A stretch of 63,925 bases of DNA, filler included, from Klebsormidium nitens (Eukaryota; Plantae; Klebsormidiophyceae), in assembly GCA_000708835.1 (NCBI GenBank). It is 5 parts of 5 records of this genome, joined end to end, with 100 filler letters (N's around TTAATTAATTAA, not from the genome) between each part and the next. Parts side by side here need not be neighbours in the genome. Positions count along the whole stretch, not along the records: positions 27,635 to 43,389 come from DF237471.1; positions 43,490 to 61,493 come from DF237962.1; 3 more parts are not named here. The stretch is one strand, 5' to 3'. Positions within the stretch are counted from its first letter, which is position 1. Every line of letters begins with the position of its first letter. Shown piece by piece: positions 40,977-50,317 of this stretch. The notes under the pieces were generated by a model. The model saw nothing but the letters and a program-made list of their open reading frames with translations. It did not search any database and was not told the DNA's origin. The position numbers and the translations under genes are program-made.

Positions 40977-42699
40977 GGAGCTCGGGGCAACACTTGGAGA
41001 CGTCTCAAGAGTTGAAATCCCGTTGAGAGGCAGCCTTGCTGCTTACGGTAACCCTTCTTGAGCCAGCGTCAAGGCAGTTCGTTTTCCTGCTCGATGATAA
41101 AGATCTCATCCTTCATTCAGGACTTCAGGACCAATGCATTGTATTGTGTGCATTGTGTGTAATGGCAAATGCAAAATCTGGGCGATCATTGCGCTGCAAG
41201 GTATGTGACCCCCAACTCGTGAGCTCTGATTCAGAATTAGGAGAGGAGGAAACATTGCCATTGGCAAGACGGCTTCGTCGCAAAACAATCGGGGAATCAA
41301 CACCGGGTTGGAAGGAGCGGTATCAAGAGCGATAAATGGGCCTCGGTCATTTAGCGAGAAACCGGTTGGAGTCTGTTAACCCCAACCAACCTACCAAGCT
41401 TTAACTAACCTACTACCTCGTTACTGCGCGGCCGCCTCAGCCCAGGCGTCCAGGCCCCAATTACACGCCGCATACCGGAACGCGTCACGTACGCGCGCGT
41501 ATGCTGAGAGTACCTATACCCAACCAGCCACACTACTCGCGCGCGTTCGACCTGCAGGCTGGCAAATGCCCGGACGTACCATTCAGTACGTTCACTTTCC
41601 GCGTACACTGTACTGTTGTCTGCCAAGCGGCAGGGCTCGGGCCGGCGCGACCGGCCGGGCGGGCTCTGTGCGCGGCTGTCACCGTCCGGCGGCACGGTAC
41701 GGTGACCCGGTCTCGGTCTCGGTGACGGAGACCGCGGCCGCCGGGGTACGGTCGGGACTCGTCACTCGGTCAGTGCTCTGATGAGTGAGGCTGGCCGCTG
41801 CCTCGGAGTGAGGCTCGGATGATGGATCGAAGCTCCTAGTGCATGGGCTTGAGTCTGGACTCCTGGACTTTTGGATGTATCACAAGAAAAGATAAGCATA
41901 TTAGCTCACGCTAAGATAAGCTCCGACTAACACTAGATCCTCGACCAAGAAAATACCCGATCCGCACCTTAACCTACCCTAACCACCCAAGCTAACCTTA
42001 CCCTTCGAATTCGCAGTCTTATTGTCCGACGGCTTATATGACGTTTTATAACTCCGCGTTATCTTTCTTGAGTTTGATGACTCTGAAATCTGGGTACCAC
42101 ATGTCTGGCCGGCATGTACCGTAGTACTGACTTTCACTAACCGCACTATATATCCACGCAAATTCATTCTTAATTTCGAATCGGTCTTTCGTAATAGTAG
42201 GCTGCCAAGAAAGTTTACAATCTGTCTTCATATTAAAGGTTGAAGTTCAGACCTCTATGCAGTCCGGGAAGTTTTTGAGCGTCGGGCCGGCCGGACCAAT
42301 CAGAAGTTTCTGCTTTATTTGATCTGACGGCAGTAAGAACTTCAAAAACTTTTCGGGTGGGCCATCCTACGGATCAAAGATCTTCAAGAACTTCAAGAAA
42401 CTTCAGGCGGCATCATCCCGTAAAGACCGCTGATCATCGGACGGACCAGGAACTTCTCAAGATCAGCCCAGCTTTGCCGCCAAGGTGACAGATTTGACAA
42501 TTCAGAAAACTTCCCAGATTCATCGACGGGGCCCTTTGAATCACAGAGACCATTCAGGAATCAAAGTCCAGTCTGAACTTTCTTCCAAAACTGCCAGTGA
42601 TGCATGGCGCCAAGGCCTTGCCAGTTGCTCGAAGGGATGCCAAGCTTTTGCTTTTACAGGGAGACAGCCGCCCTGACTAAATGAAGCTCAGAGGTGCTT

Positions 42700-43389
42700 G
42701 CTAGAATCTCCTGTAGCAATCTTGCCTGCAGAAAGAATGGAGGACAGCGCAGGACATGCAGCTCCCGAAGTTGCTGAGATAGCATACAGTGGGACCTCTT
42801 TGGAGCCCTTCATACAGTCTGTTAAGCTGAAAGTTGGAGGCAAAGAGGCTTGTGAGAGCTACATCTTTGAAGCACCCAATCCAACGATCTCTGCAAAGCT
42901 CGAAAAGCCAGGACCTTCGTCTGGATATGATACCCTTTCTGTGCACCTGGGGTAGAGTTCTTCAAAGCTTGGGGCTGCACAGTCATTGTCCTTTCCTGGC
43001 AGAATTTTTTCAAAGGTTTCGTGCCTGAGAAGTTCATCTGTGTCCGCGGCTGTGGCAGGGCTACTGTGGTACGCAATGGCTGGTACTCTAAGCTGGTCTG
43101 GGCTTTAGGGCTTCACCGGCCTCTATTCATCCTCTCACAGGACTACCGATGCAAAGACTGCCATGCAAAGCCCGACGGCAAGGGGGGCTATGGCAAGCAC
43201 CTTGTATCTAGCACACAGCGCAGAGATACGCAATCAACTGCGTCCATTCATCATGGACCAGCTGCCCATAGGCTTCACAGAAACGGGCGTGCCCGTGGAG
43301 CGCTCTCTACAGGATCTCATTCACTTTCTGGCTCCAGAAGCGGTTGGTTTTCCTCGCATTGCACGCCTTGTGAAAGAGTTGCACGTGTG
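42700..43389 (+). pseudogene. Frameshifted N-terminal fragment of a DUF6729-like Cys-rich DNA-transposon protein, truncated by gap
   Basis: FICVRGCG...VVRNGWYSKLVWALGLHRPLFILSQDYRCKDC, then a frameshift near 43195 into AEIRNQLRPFIMDQLPIGFTETGVPVERSL...GFPRIARLVKELH. The family assignment is from memory of the motif pattern. Confidence 0.55.
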
Positions 43390-43489
43390 NNNNNNNNNNN
43401 NNNNNNNNNNNNNNNNNNNNNNNNNNNNNNNNNTTAATTAATTAANNNNNNNNNNNNNNNNNNNNNNNNNNNNNNNNNNNNNNNNNNNN
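43390..43489. other. Assembly spacer N44-TTAATTAATTAA-N44 (left boundary of virus-like block)
   Basis: Linker at 43434-43445. Confidence 0.95.
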
Positions 43490-43722
43490 CCGGATTGATG
43501 TGGCGATTGAAGAGTTTCTGGGCGTCCACCACGAAGTACCTAGGTTTCTGATCTGCACTCTACACTTCACCATCGTTTAGGCGGAAGGGGTCGAAGAAGG
43601 AAAACTTCTCTACTTTGTCTTTCAACGGCGACCAGGCGTGATCGAACGAGCCATACGTCCCGGCAACGACGCGTTTCAACCGTGGTAGCGTGCAGAGCGA
43701 CTAAAAGGTGGATTCTACATGG

Positions 43723-44382
43723 TCAATGCCAGTCCATCGCGAGCGCTATGTTAGGGAACTGCTCCTTCATGATGTCCTTGATCTTCGATGCTATCTCCTT
43801 GTGCTCGCGCTGTGAGCCGTTGCTACTCCTGAGGTCCACGTAATGTATCCAGTCCCTCGCGTTCATGGTCATGTACAGCTTGGTCTGCGTGGACATGGGC
43901 AGGACGAAACGTGCACACTCCTTTGCTATGCCTTTCTCCAATGCCTGCGAATATGTGGCGTACGAATCCTTCCACAGCCTATCCTGCTCCGCCACGAACC
44001 AGGCCTTCACGTCTGGCGGCAGGTCGTCCACGGACGACTGCCTGTTCTTGGGGTCCTGGCTCCTGGCTTCGTACACCACGTTCGCATCGGCCTTTGCATA
44101 CCTGGTGCTGAATTGCTGAAAAGTAGCCGACCTGTGCCTCAGGATCTGCTCTGCTATGGCTCTGCTGGTGGTTATCTCGACCGTCATGGAGGCGGTCTCG
44201 AAGACCGACCAGTGACGATTCTTGATGCAATAACGCAACAGCTTGGCACCGCTCTCGTAGTTCCTCTGGTTCTGGGGATTGGAAACCCGCGCGGCGTGCA
44301 CTATGATGTCCTCCGGCCCTAGCCCCTCCAGTTCGCCCGCGCCTCTGCTGAGTGCCACCAGCTTCACCTCGCAAGCTGCCAT
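43723..44382 (-). CDS. thyX: FAD-dependent thymidylate synthase ThyX
   Basis: AARVSNP, LLRYCIKNRHWSVFE, signature RHRSATFQQFSTRY (RHRx7S), KECARFVLP, RDWIHYVDLRSSNGSQREH; intronless; likely ATG at 44382. Confidence 0.96.
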   Translation of the reverse strand: MAACEVKLVALSRGAGELEGLGPEDIIVHAARVSNPQNQRNYESGAKLLRYCIKNRHWSVFETASMTVEITTSRAIAEQILRHRSATFQQFSTRYAKADANVVYEARSQDPKNRQSSVDDLPPDVKAWFVAEQDRLWKDSYATYSQALEKGIAKECARFVLPMSTQTKLYMTMNARDWIHYVDLRSSNGSQREHKEIASKIKDIMKEQFPNIALAMDWH

Positions 44383-44431
44383 CTTTTTATGTGGACTACA
44401 AAAATACAAATCCAGTGCCTAAACCGACACA

Positions 44432-44758
44432 TCACTTTCGTAGCACGTTCAGAAACATCCCGATCATCTCCCCGTGACCCTCCAAGGGGTATACTCCGCC
44501 TACCGCGTCGGTCAGTCGCCAGCAGGTGTATATCGCCAAGTCTCGGACTCTGGATTCGATACTCAATCTAGGTATGGCAAGAGCCAGCTGCGAGTTCAAT
44601 CTACGCAGACGTTCTCCGTTATCGTCCTTGCAGAGCTCCATCTTGGCAATGATCTCCAGCAGCACCCACACCCGATCTTCCACCGTGGACTCGGGAGACA
44701 GAGTCGAGAATCTCCTTTGGAGCTCGCCCAGGACCTCGGCAGTCGTCCGAAACCACAT
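44432..44758 (-). CDS. Hypothetical protein (virus-like block)
   Basis: Open frame MWFRTTAEVLGELQRRF...MFLNVLRK*, co-oriented with and directly upstream of thyX; no recognised domain. Confidence 0.45.
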   Translation of the reverse strand: MWFRTTAEVLGELQRRFSTLSPESTVEDRVWVLLEIIAKMELCKDDNGERLRRLNSQLALAIPRLSIESRVRDLAIYTCWRLTDAVGGVYPLEGHGEMIGMFLNVLRK

Positions 44759-44838
44759 CCTTGTCTGACGCAAAAGGAAAAAATTGGATCCATGCACCCG
44801 AAGTCGAACTTTCGGACGGTATGCTCGCAGTTTTCCTA

Positions 44839-45000
44839 CGCCCGAAACCGACCGCCCGAGAAATTTCTTTCGGGCGCCACCTTTCGCGAAAATATACTCG
44901 TAGGTTTTTCACGCCCGAAACCGACCGCCCGAGAAATTTCTTTCGGGCGCCACCTTTCGCGAAAATATTCTCGTAGGTTTTCTACGCCCGAAACCGCCCG
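44839..45000. repeat. 73-bp direct repeat (2 full copies plus a partial) with TTTCGCGAAA palindromes, upstream of a TATA box
   Basis: cgcccgaaaccgaccgcccgagaaatttctttcgggcgccacctttcgcgaaaatat at 44839 and 44912; TATAAAA at 45092-45098. Confidence 0.85.
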
Positions 45001-45890
45001 AGAAGTTTCTTTCGGGCGCTTTTCAAGCAGTATGCTCGCGGTATGCCTCAAAGCGAAAGCCCGAGAAGTACTTTTCGGACGGAGATCGCTCTATAAAAGG
45101 AGGTTCCTCTCGTTCTCATTCTCAAAAACGCACTTGGCCTCCCCCTTCCCAACAGCTTGCAAGCAACTCCCTCGCACACAGCATCCTTCTGCCTATCTGC
45201 CCTTTCAGCAGCGGCACAGCTTAGCCGCTTCCTTCTCTCCCAACAGCACCCTATTCTCCCACAGCTCGCTTCCCTTTCCTCCACTCACCAGCCAGCAGCA
45301 CCTCATACTCGCACAGCTCGCTTCCTCCAACACCAGCAGCAACGAGGCCAAGTCGCGTCAGATAGTCACGCCGGCCGGCCTTTTGCCTTGTCCTTGTTTT
45401 CCTTTTTGCTGGTCTGCGCAGACCTCTCTTTTCTTCTTCGTGTCTCTGCAAGCCTGGCCAGGCTGTCGTGTCATGCTGCTCTTCGGCAGCTCTTTTTTCT
45501 GCCGTGTCTTAGCTGGGCTCCCGCTTCTTTGCGGCTCCCCTCCACTGTCTTTGTCTTTCGCTGGCCTCTCGGGCCTTGTAGCTGCCTCGTGCAGCTCCTT
45601 CCGAGAAGTATCAAGGTGAGCATTAGTGAAGTAGGATATCTTGAAGTTACTCCATGATCTGCTTCTCGTTTGCTTTGCGAAATATTTGCATAGAAATGTT
45701 CCCTCTGTTGCTCTTCAAACTCGTTGTTTGCAGCATCCTCGCATCGACTACCTCCTGAGGCTCCGCTCGCATCCGCTAGCTGGCCTCTCGGCCCTTGCAG
45801 CTGCCTTGTGCCGCTCCACACCTATCAATCAGATAAGTTCCCTCTCTTGCTCTCCAAACTTCTGATGTTTGCAGCATCCTGCCTCCTTGA

Positions 45891-46093
45891 GTAGGCTCCG
45901 CTCGCACCCGTCGGGCAGGGTGCCGATAAGAGCGAGCATTTGCGGCTCTGTGGGTAGTGCCGTTTGTCCACGGTACGCATACCACTCTGCCTGTAGGCTC
46001 CGCTCGCACCCGTCGGGCAGGGTGCCGATAAGAGCGAGCATTTGCGGCTCTGTGGGTAGTGCCGTTTGTCCACGGTACGCATACCACTCTGCC
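45891..46093. repeat. 102-bp tandem duplication
   Basis: gtaggctccgctcgcacccgtcgggcagggtgccgataag...accactctgcct begins at 45891 and again at 45993. Confidence 0.92.
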
Positions 46094-46579
46094 TTTTCAC
46101 TCCGTCTGACGATGTCGAAAAGCTGTCCGAGCTACTGATCACTTTTACGCTCCACTCACAGGTCCTGATCATCGAGCCTTTTGACGAGCGGACGCGACTG
46201 GAGATCACTACCCTGTGCCTCGTCTACGATCAGGGGCTCGACACACCATCTATGGTCCAGATTTGAATCAAACGGAGGCAAGTCTCGACTGAGTCTTCGA
46301 ATGCATTCGCTGCTGAGTCATATGCACAGGGCGTTTCGTTCCTTCGTAGCAGCAATGACAAAATCCCCCCTGCCGCCTTTGTCTTAAGAGTAACATGTTT
46401 CTTTTTCTTCTTACAGGATATCGCTCGCCGCATGGAGGAGTCTTCGTTTGCACTCTGAGTCCTTTTTCTGGGCGTGTGCTTTCTATGTGACGTGATTCTG
46501 GGTTCTTTTCTGGGCGTATGGAATGATTTTTCTGTGACTTTTCTTCGACTTCTTGGCTGTCAGTCTGTCTTTCTGTCTC

Positions 46580-46970
46580 TGTCGAGTCGGTCGGTCGGTC
46601 AAGTCCAGTCGAGTCGGTCGGTCGGTCAAGTCCAGTCGAGTCGAGTCGGTCGGTCCGTCGAGTCCAGTCCTGTCCCGTCGGTCAGTCCCACCAGCTATAC
46701 ACACCCTACACTAGACACCCTACACTATACACACCCCTCACCCTCTTACCCACTCCAAATACCCTACTGCCTTACCCTTCCCTCCCACACACCCTACTTC
46801 TTAACCCTTTCCTCCCACATACCCTACTGCCCTTACCTATTCCTCACACCCTAATACTACCCTTACCTATCCCTCACACCCTATACTAACCTTACCTCCC
46901 TCACACCCTATACTACCCTTACATATCCCTCACACCCTATACTTACCCTTACCTATCCCTCAAACACACC
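46580..46970. repeat. (GTCG/GTCCA)n microsatellite followed by a C-rich ~28-bp degenerate tandem repeat (ccttacctatccctcacaccctatacta)
   Basis: Read directly from the sequence; the opposite strand is G-rich. Confidence 0.88.
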
Positions 46971-47163
46971 CGCAGTAGAACCACAGATGGCTGCTGCGAC
47001 CCGCAGCTGGGGTTCGATTCCCCATGTGGTTGGACGACGTTGCACATCGAATTATTGCCGGTTGAGATTACTGGTTGTGAATACGTTTCTTAGTATACTT
47101 TTCTCTCTACATCATGAAGACAACAACCAGCAACCAGCAAGGTTGGGGAACTTAAGGGAGTTC

Positions 47164-47770
47164 AGAGATCGATCTGTCCAATCTAGAAAGATCAGATCGA
47201 TCACCCCTTTTCTTAGGGTCATTGAAAAATGGACCGGTTGCCGGTTGCTGGATGGTGACGTGGCACATCGAAAAGNNNNNNNNNNNNNNNNNNNNNNNNN
47301 NNNNNNNNNNNNNNNNNNNNNNNNNNNNNNNNNNNNNNNNNNNNNNNNNNNNNNNNNNNNNNNNNNNNNNNNNNNNNNNNNNNNNNNNNNNNNNNNNNNN
47401 NNNNNNNNNNNNNNNNNNNNNNNNNNNNNNNNNNNNNNNNNNNNNNNNNNNNNNNNNNNNNNNNNNNNNNNNNNNNNNNNNNNNNNNNNNNNNNNNNNNN
47501 NNNNNNNNNNNNNNNNNNNNNNNNNNNNNNNNNNNNNNNNNNNNNNNNNNNNNNNNNNNNNNNNNNNNNNNNNNNNNNNNNNNNNNNNNNNNNNNNNNNN
47601 NNNNNNNNNNNNNNNNNNNNNNNNNNNNNNNNNNNNNNNNNNNNNNNNNNNNNNNAGAGATCGATCTGTCCAATCTAGAAAGATCAGATCGATCACCCCT
47701 TTTCTTAGGGCCTCTGAAAATTGATCCGGTTGCCGGTTGCTGGGTGGTGACGTGGCACATCGAATTATTG
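47164..47770. repeat. ~110-bp repeat present on both sides of an N gap
   Basis: agagatcgatctgtccaatctagaaagatcagatcgatcaccccttttcttaggg...gtggcacatcgaa at 47164-47273 and 47657-47764, with a few differences. Confidence 0.8.
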
Positions 47771-47952
47771 CCCTGACATGCGGTGGGATGCCCTGTTCCT
47801 CAGGGCACTGGCGTTCCTCCTCTGAAGGCGCCCAGAGAACAAAGTCTCCCTCGTTCTCGTAATGATCATCGAATCCTTCGCTTCGATGTACGCCGATCGG
47901 GTCCATGGGCGCGATATAGGAAGGTCGCACGAAAAGTGACGGGTACGCGGAT

Positions 47953-49551
47953 ATGGACCCTAGATTGCACATCCTGTCGGTCGGCGAAGAGCGCATCGTC
48001 GCTACTTGTCTCGCGGACGTCAGAGACAGGACCAACTCCCTAGCCGCTCCTCTGATCAGGAGTCTCAGTGACAGAACGTGCACGGCCAGGGCCGTAGAGT
48101 TCCGCGACTACATGTTCGACAAGCAGTCTCTGGAGGCCTTGAGCGAGTACCTCTCCACATCTACGAAGCTGGAAAGGATAGTCTTTGGGAACGGCTGTGC
48201 TTCCGAGATATGCATGGCCGGGGCCAGCTTGTCTAGAGTGATCGGTGCGTGCGACAGGGATGTCTTCATAGAGGGCTCCTTGCCGCGGGCGATGGGCCAC
48301 GTGAGCGTCATCCAGGCGGCCGACCCTACCGGGCAGCGATTGCGACGGGCTCTGCTCTCCTTCGAGCCGGAGCACTGGGCGTACGACTGGTCTTCCGACT
48401 CGGAGACGCTGGGTCTCATGCCTTCCGTCACCAACGGAGACTTCGTCTGGACTCGACTACATCCGGATGGCATCCTGACCTTGAACGTCACGGACGAGGA
48501 TATGCTACAAGTGGAGTGGAGCGTTTGCGCGAACGAGCTCAAGAGCACGGCGCTACACTCTGCAGACGACGTCGCCTCATTCGCCAGGGCTCCTCGCACT
48601 TTCGGCTCCCTAGAGAGCTTGACGGTCTCCTCGTGCGGATCCAAGGGACTCACTTACTTCGGACGGCACCTAGCGGCGGAGACGCGCGTGAGACGCATCC
48701 GTTCGGAGGGTCCGTTGGCGGACTCGGTGGCTCTGTTGAAGGGATTCGAGGAAGGGCTCGTCGAGGGGAGACCCTATGAGGCCGAGTGCACGTCGCATCT
48801 CGCTCATGACGGATTGGGCGTGAGGCTCCGCAGGCTGGAGAATCTGTGCTTCCTCAGGTGCTACCGTCTGACTCTGCACGTCCGAGTAGACGGTTGCAAC
48901 GGTTTCGAGAGGAGGCGCTTCGACGAGACCATGACGTTCCTGCTCGGGTGGTTCCCGAAGCTGGAGGCCCTGGAGGTGGACATCGGCGGAGACTCTATGG
49001 GCGGCCCTTACCAAGGGTGCGTCCCCATAGGGCGCTTCGCAGCTGCGGTGCCGCGGACGTTGAAGGAGCTGCGGCTCGCTTTCGGTGGGGCGTCCACGCT
49101 CTTCTGTGCCGCGAGTCGGCTCCACGAGTTCTTAGAGGCAGCTCGATGCCGGTTGCGGTATCTCAGCATCGAGGGCTGGGCAGCCGGAGCGGAGGCCCTA
49201 TCCAGAGTGGTACGGATCGAGGGTCTCGAGCGACTTTGCATACCTCAGGCTTGCACCTCCGTAGCAGGCTTGAGGAACGCTTTACGGAGACGGATGAGAG
49301 AGCTCGACGTGGGAATCTCGCTGCTGGGCAGGAGGGATATAGCAGAGTTCGCTCGCCTCGTCCAGAGCTTCGCCAGACCCACCCGTCCGAGCAAGCTGCT
49401 GTTGCGGAACGGCGTCCGAAGCGAGATGATGGGGGAGCTAGGACGAGCTCTGAGGGCAGCAGGATGCTTCGACTACGTCTACACGTCTGCCGATGAGAAG
49501 ACGATCACGATCTGGCTCGCTCTGCCCGAGGAAGAAAAAGATTGCCAATGA
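47953..49551 (+). CDS. Intronless 532-aa protein with degenerate leucine-rich (RNI-like) repeats
   Basis: Repeated LxxLxL motifs: KLERIVF, SLESLTVSSC, RLENLCF, FPKLEALEVD, TLKELRLAF, RLRYLSIEG, GLERLCIP, RMRELDVG. Confidence 0.6.
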   Translation: MDPRLHILSVGEERIVATCLADVRDRTNSLAAPLIRSLSDRTCTARAVEFRDYMFDKQSLEALSEYLSTSTKLERIVFGNGCASEICMAGASLSRVIGACDRDVFIEGSLPRAMGHVSVIQAADPTGQRLRRALLSFEPEHWAYDWSSDSETLGLMPSVTNGDFVWTRLHPDGILTLNVTDEDMLQVEWSVCANELKSTALHSADDVASFARAPRTFGSLESLTVSSCGSKGLTYFGRHLAAETRVRRIRSEGPLADSVALLKGFEEGLVEGRPYEAECTSHLAHDGLGVRLRRLENLCFLRCYRLTLHVRVDGCNGFERRRFDETMTFLLGWFPKLEALEVDIGGDSMGGPYQGCVPIGRFAAAVPRTLKELRLAFGGASTLFCAASRLHEFLEAARCRLRYLSIEGWAAGAEALSRVVRIEGLERLCIPQACTSVAGLRNALRRRMRELDVGISLLGRRDIAEFARLVQSFARPTRPSKLLLRNGVRSEMMGELGRALRAAGCFDYVYTSADEKTITIWLALPEEEKDCQ

Positions 49552-49561
49552 CAGTAGGAAG

Positions 49562-50116
49562 ATGCATCTCTTCTCTACTTCTACCGTCTTGGTCGTAGCC
49601 CGCGTTCTCTTGTTCGCATGCGTCACCGGAGGGGTCATGTGGTGGTTCTACCTGAAGGAGGAGAAAAGGACCAAGCGCCCTGTAGGAGTGGTAGGATCGT
49701 GCGATACGGAGAGAGTCGTGCAGCCCCAGGAATCGGAAAAGACTCCGGAGTTGCAGGATATACCCCCTGGTCACGAAAAATACGCTAATGTATTCGAGAA
49801 GCATGCCGAGAGGTTCGACGATGCATACGATAAGATCCGGGAGGAGACACTCTGCCTGGCCAAGAGGAGGCGGCAGTATTCCATCATGTTGGACGCTTCG
49901 TCCAGGTGCATGCGTTGCCTCTACAATATTCGCATGTGGATGCACAACGACCTCGCCATGGAGGAACGCATGCGCACCTTCGAGCTCATATGCGACGACT
50001 ACTTCGCCAGATGCCTCAGGCATGCGTATGATCGTTCGTACACTCCTGCCGACGAGACGCTGATCCCGCGGCGTTGGAATAGGAGGTGGTCGGATCCATC
50101 TCCGAGCGTCGCGTGA
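49562..50116 (+). CDS. Hypothetical protein with an N-terminal transmembrane helix
   Basis: MHLFSTSTVLVVARVLLFACVTGGVMWWFYL hydrophobic stretch. A diverged paralogous fragment at 52472-52532 differs mostly at synonymous positions, which supports coding status. Confidence 0.65.
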   Translation: MHLFSTSTVLVVARVLLFACVTGGVMWWFYLKEEKRTKRPVGVVGSCDTERVVQPQESEKTPELQDIPPGHEKYANVFEKHAERFDDAYDKIREETLCLAKRRRQYSIMLDASSRCMRCLYNIRMWMHNDLAMEERMRTFELICDDYFARCLRHAYDRSYTPADETLIPRRWNRRWSDPSPSVA

Positions 50117-50164
50117 AAGAAATATTCTGAGTTGAGATACGGATCTGGTCTATACCGTCCGAGA

Positions 50165-50244
50165 TGCTGCGTTGGCATACTGCTGCGTTGGCGTGCTGCG
50201 TTGGCGTGCTGCGTTGGCATATATTGCTGCAGCTTCTGCAGCAT
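50165..50244. repeat. Four copies of TGCTGCGTTGGC plus a tgctgcag-ctt-ctgcagca hairpin upstream of tnpA
   Basis: Copies at 50165, 50181, 50194 and 50207; hairpin at 50226-50244. Confidence 0.9.
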
Positions 50245-50317
50245 TGACTAGAAAACACGGCCTATAAAGAAGGCATTAGGCACCATGTGCGTCTCATTCT
50301 AAATCTTTCTTCTCGAC

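Noticed and set aside
41778-41815. CTGATGA followed by a hairpin as a hammerhead ribozyme
   Set aside because: The stem is followed by GGAG rather than the required GAAA, and no stem I/III partners were found.
43490-43700. Additional viral gene downstream of thyX
   Set aside because: The best frame has stops and is cut by the gap; it could be a pseudogene but cannot be supported.
44474-45619. 381-aa ORF
   Set aside because: It runs through direct repeats and low-complexity DNA, overlaps an opposite-strand ORF and shows no domain pattern.
46690-46970. True telomere array
   Set aside because: The units are degenerate ~28-mers rather than perfect TTTAGGG-type repeats, and the tract is internal.
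46971-47031. HDV-like ribozyme fold
   Set aside because: There is no room for P3/L3 between the candidate P2 and P1 strands, and no J4/2 catalytic motif; kept only as a tRNA-like structure.
50165-50218. CRISPR-like mini-array next to a Cas12-related nuclease
   Set aside because: The 12-bp repeats are separated by only 1-4 nt, so there are no spacers; better explained as IS-end or intergenic repeats.
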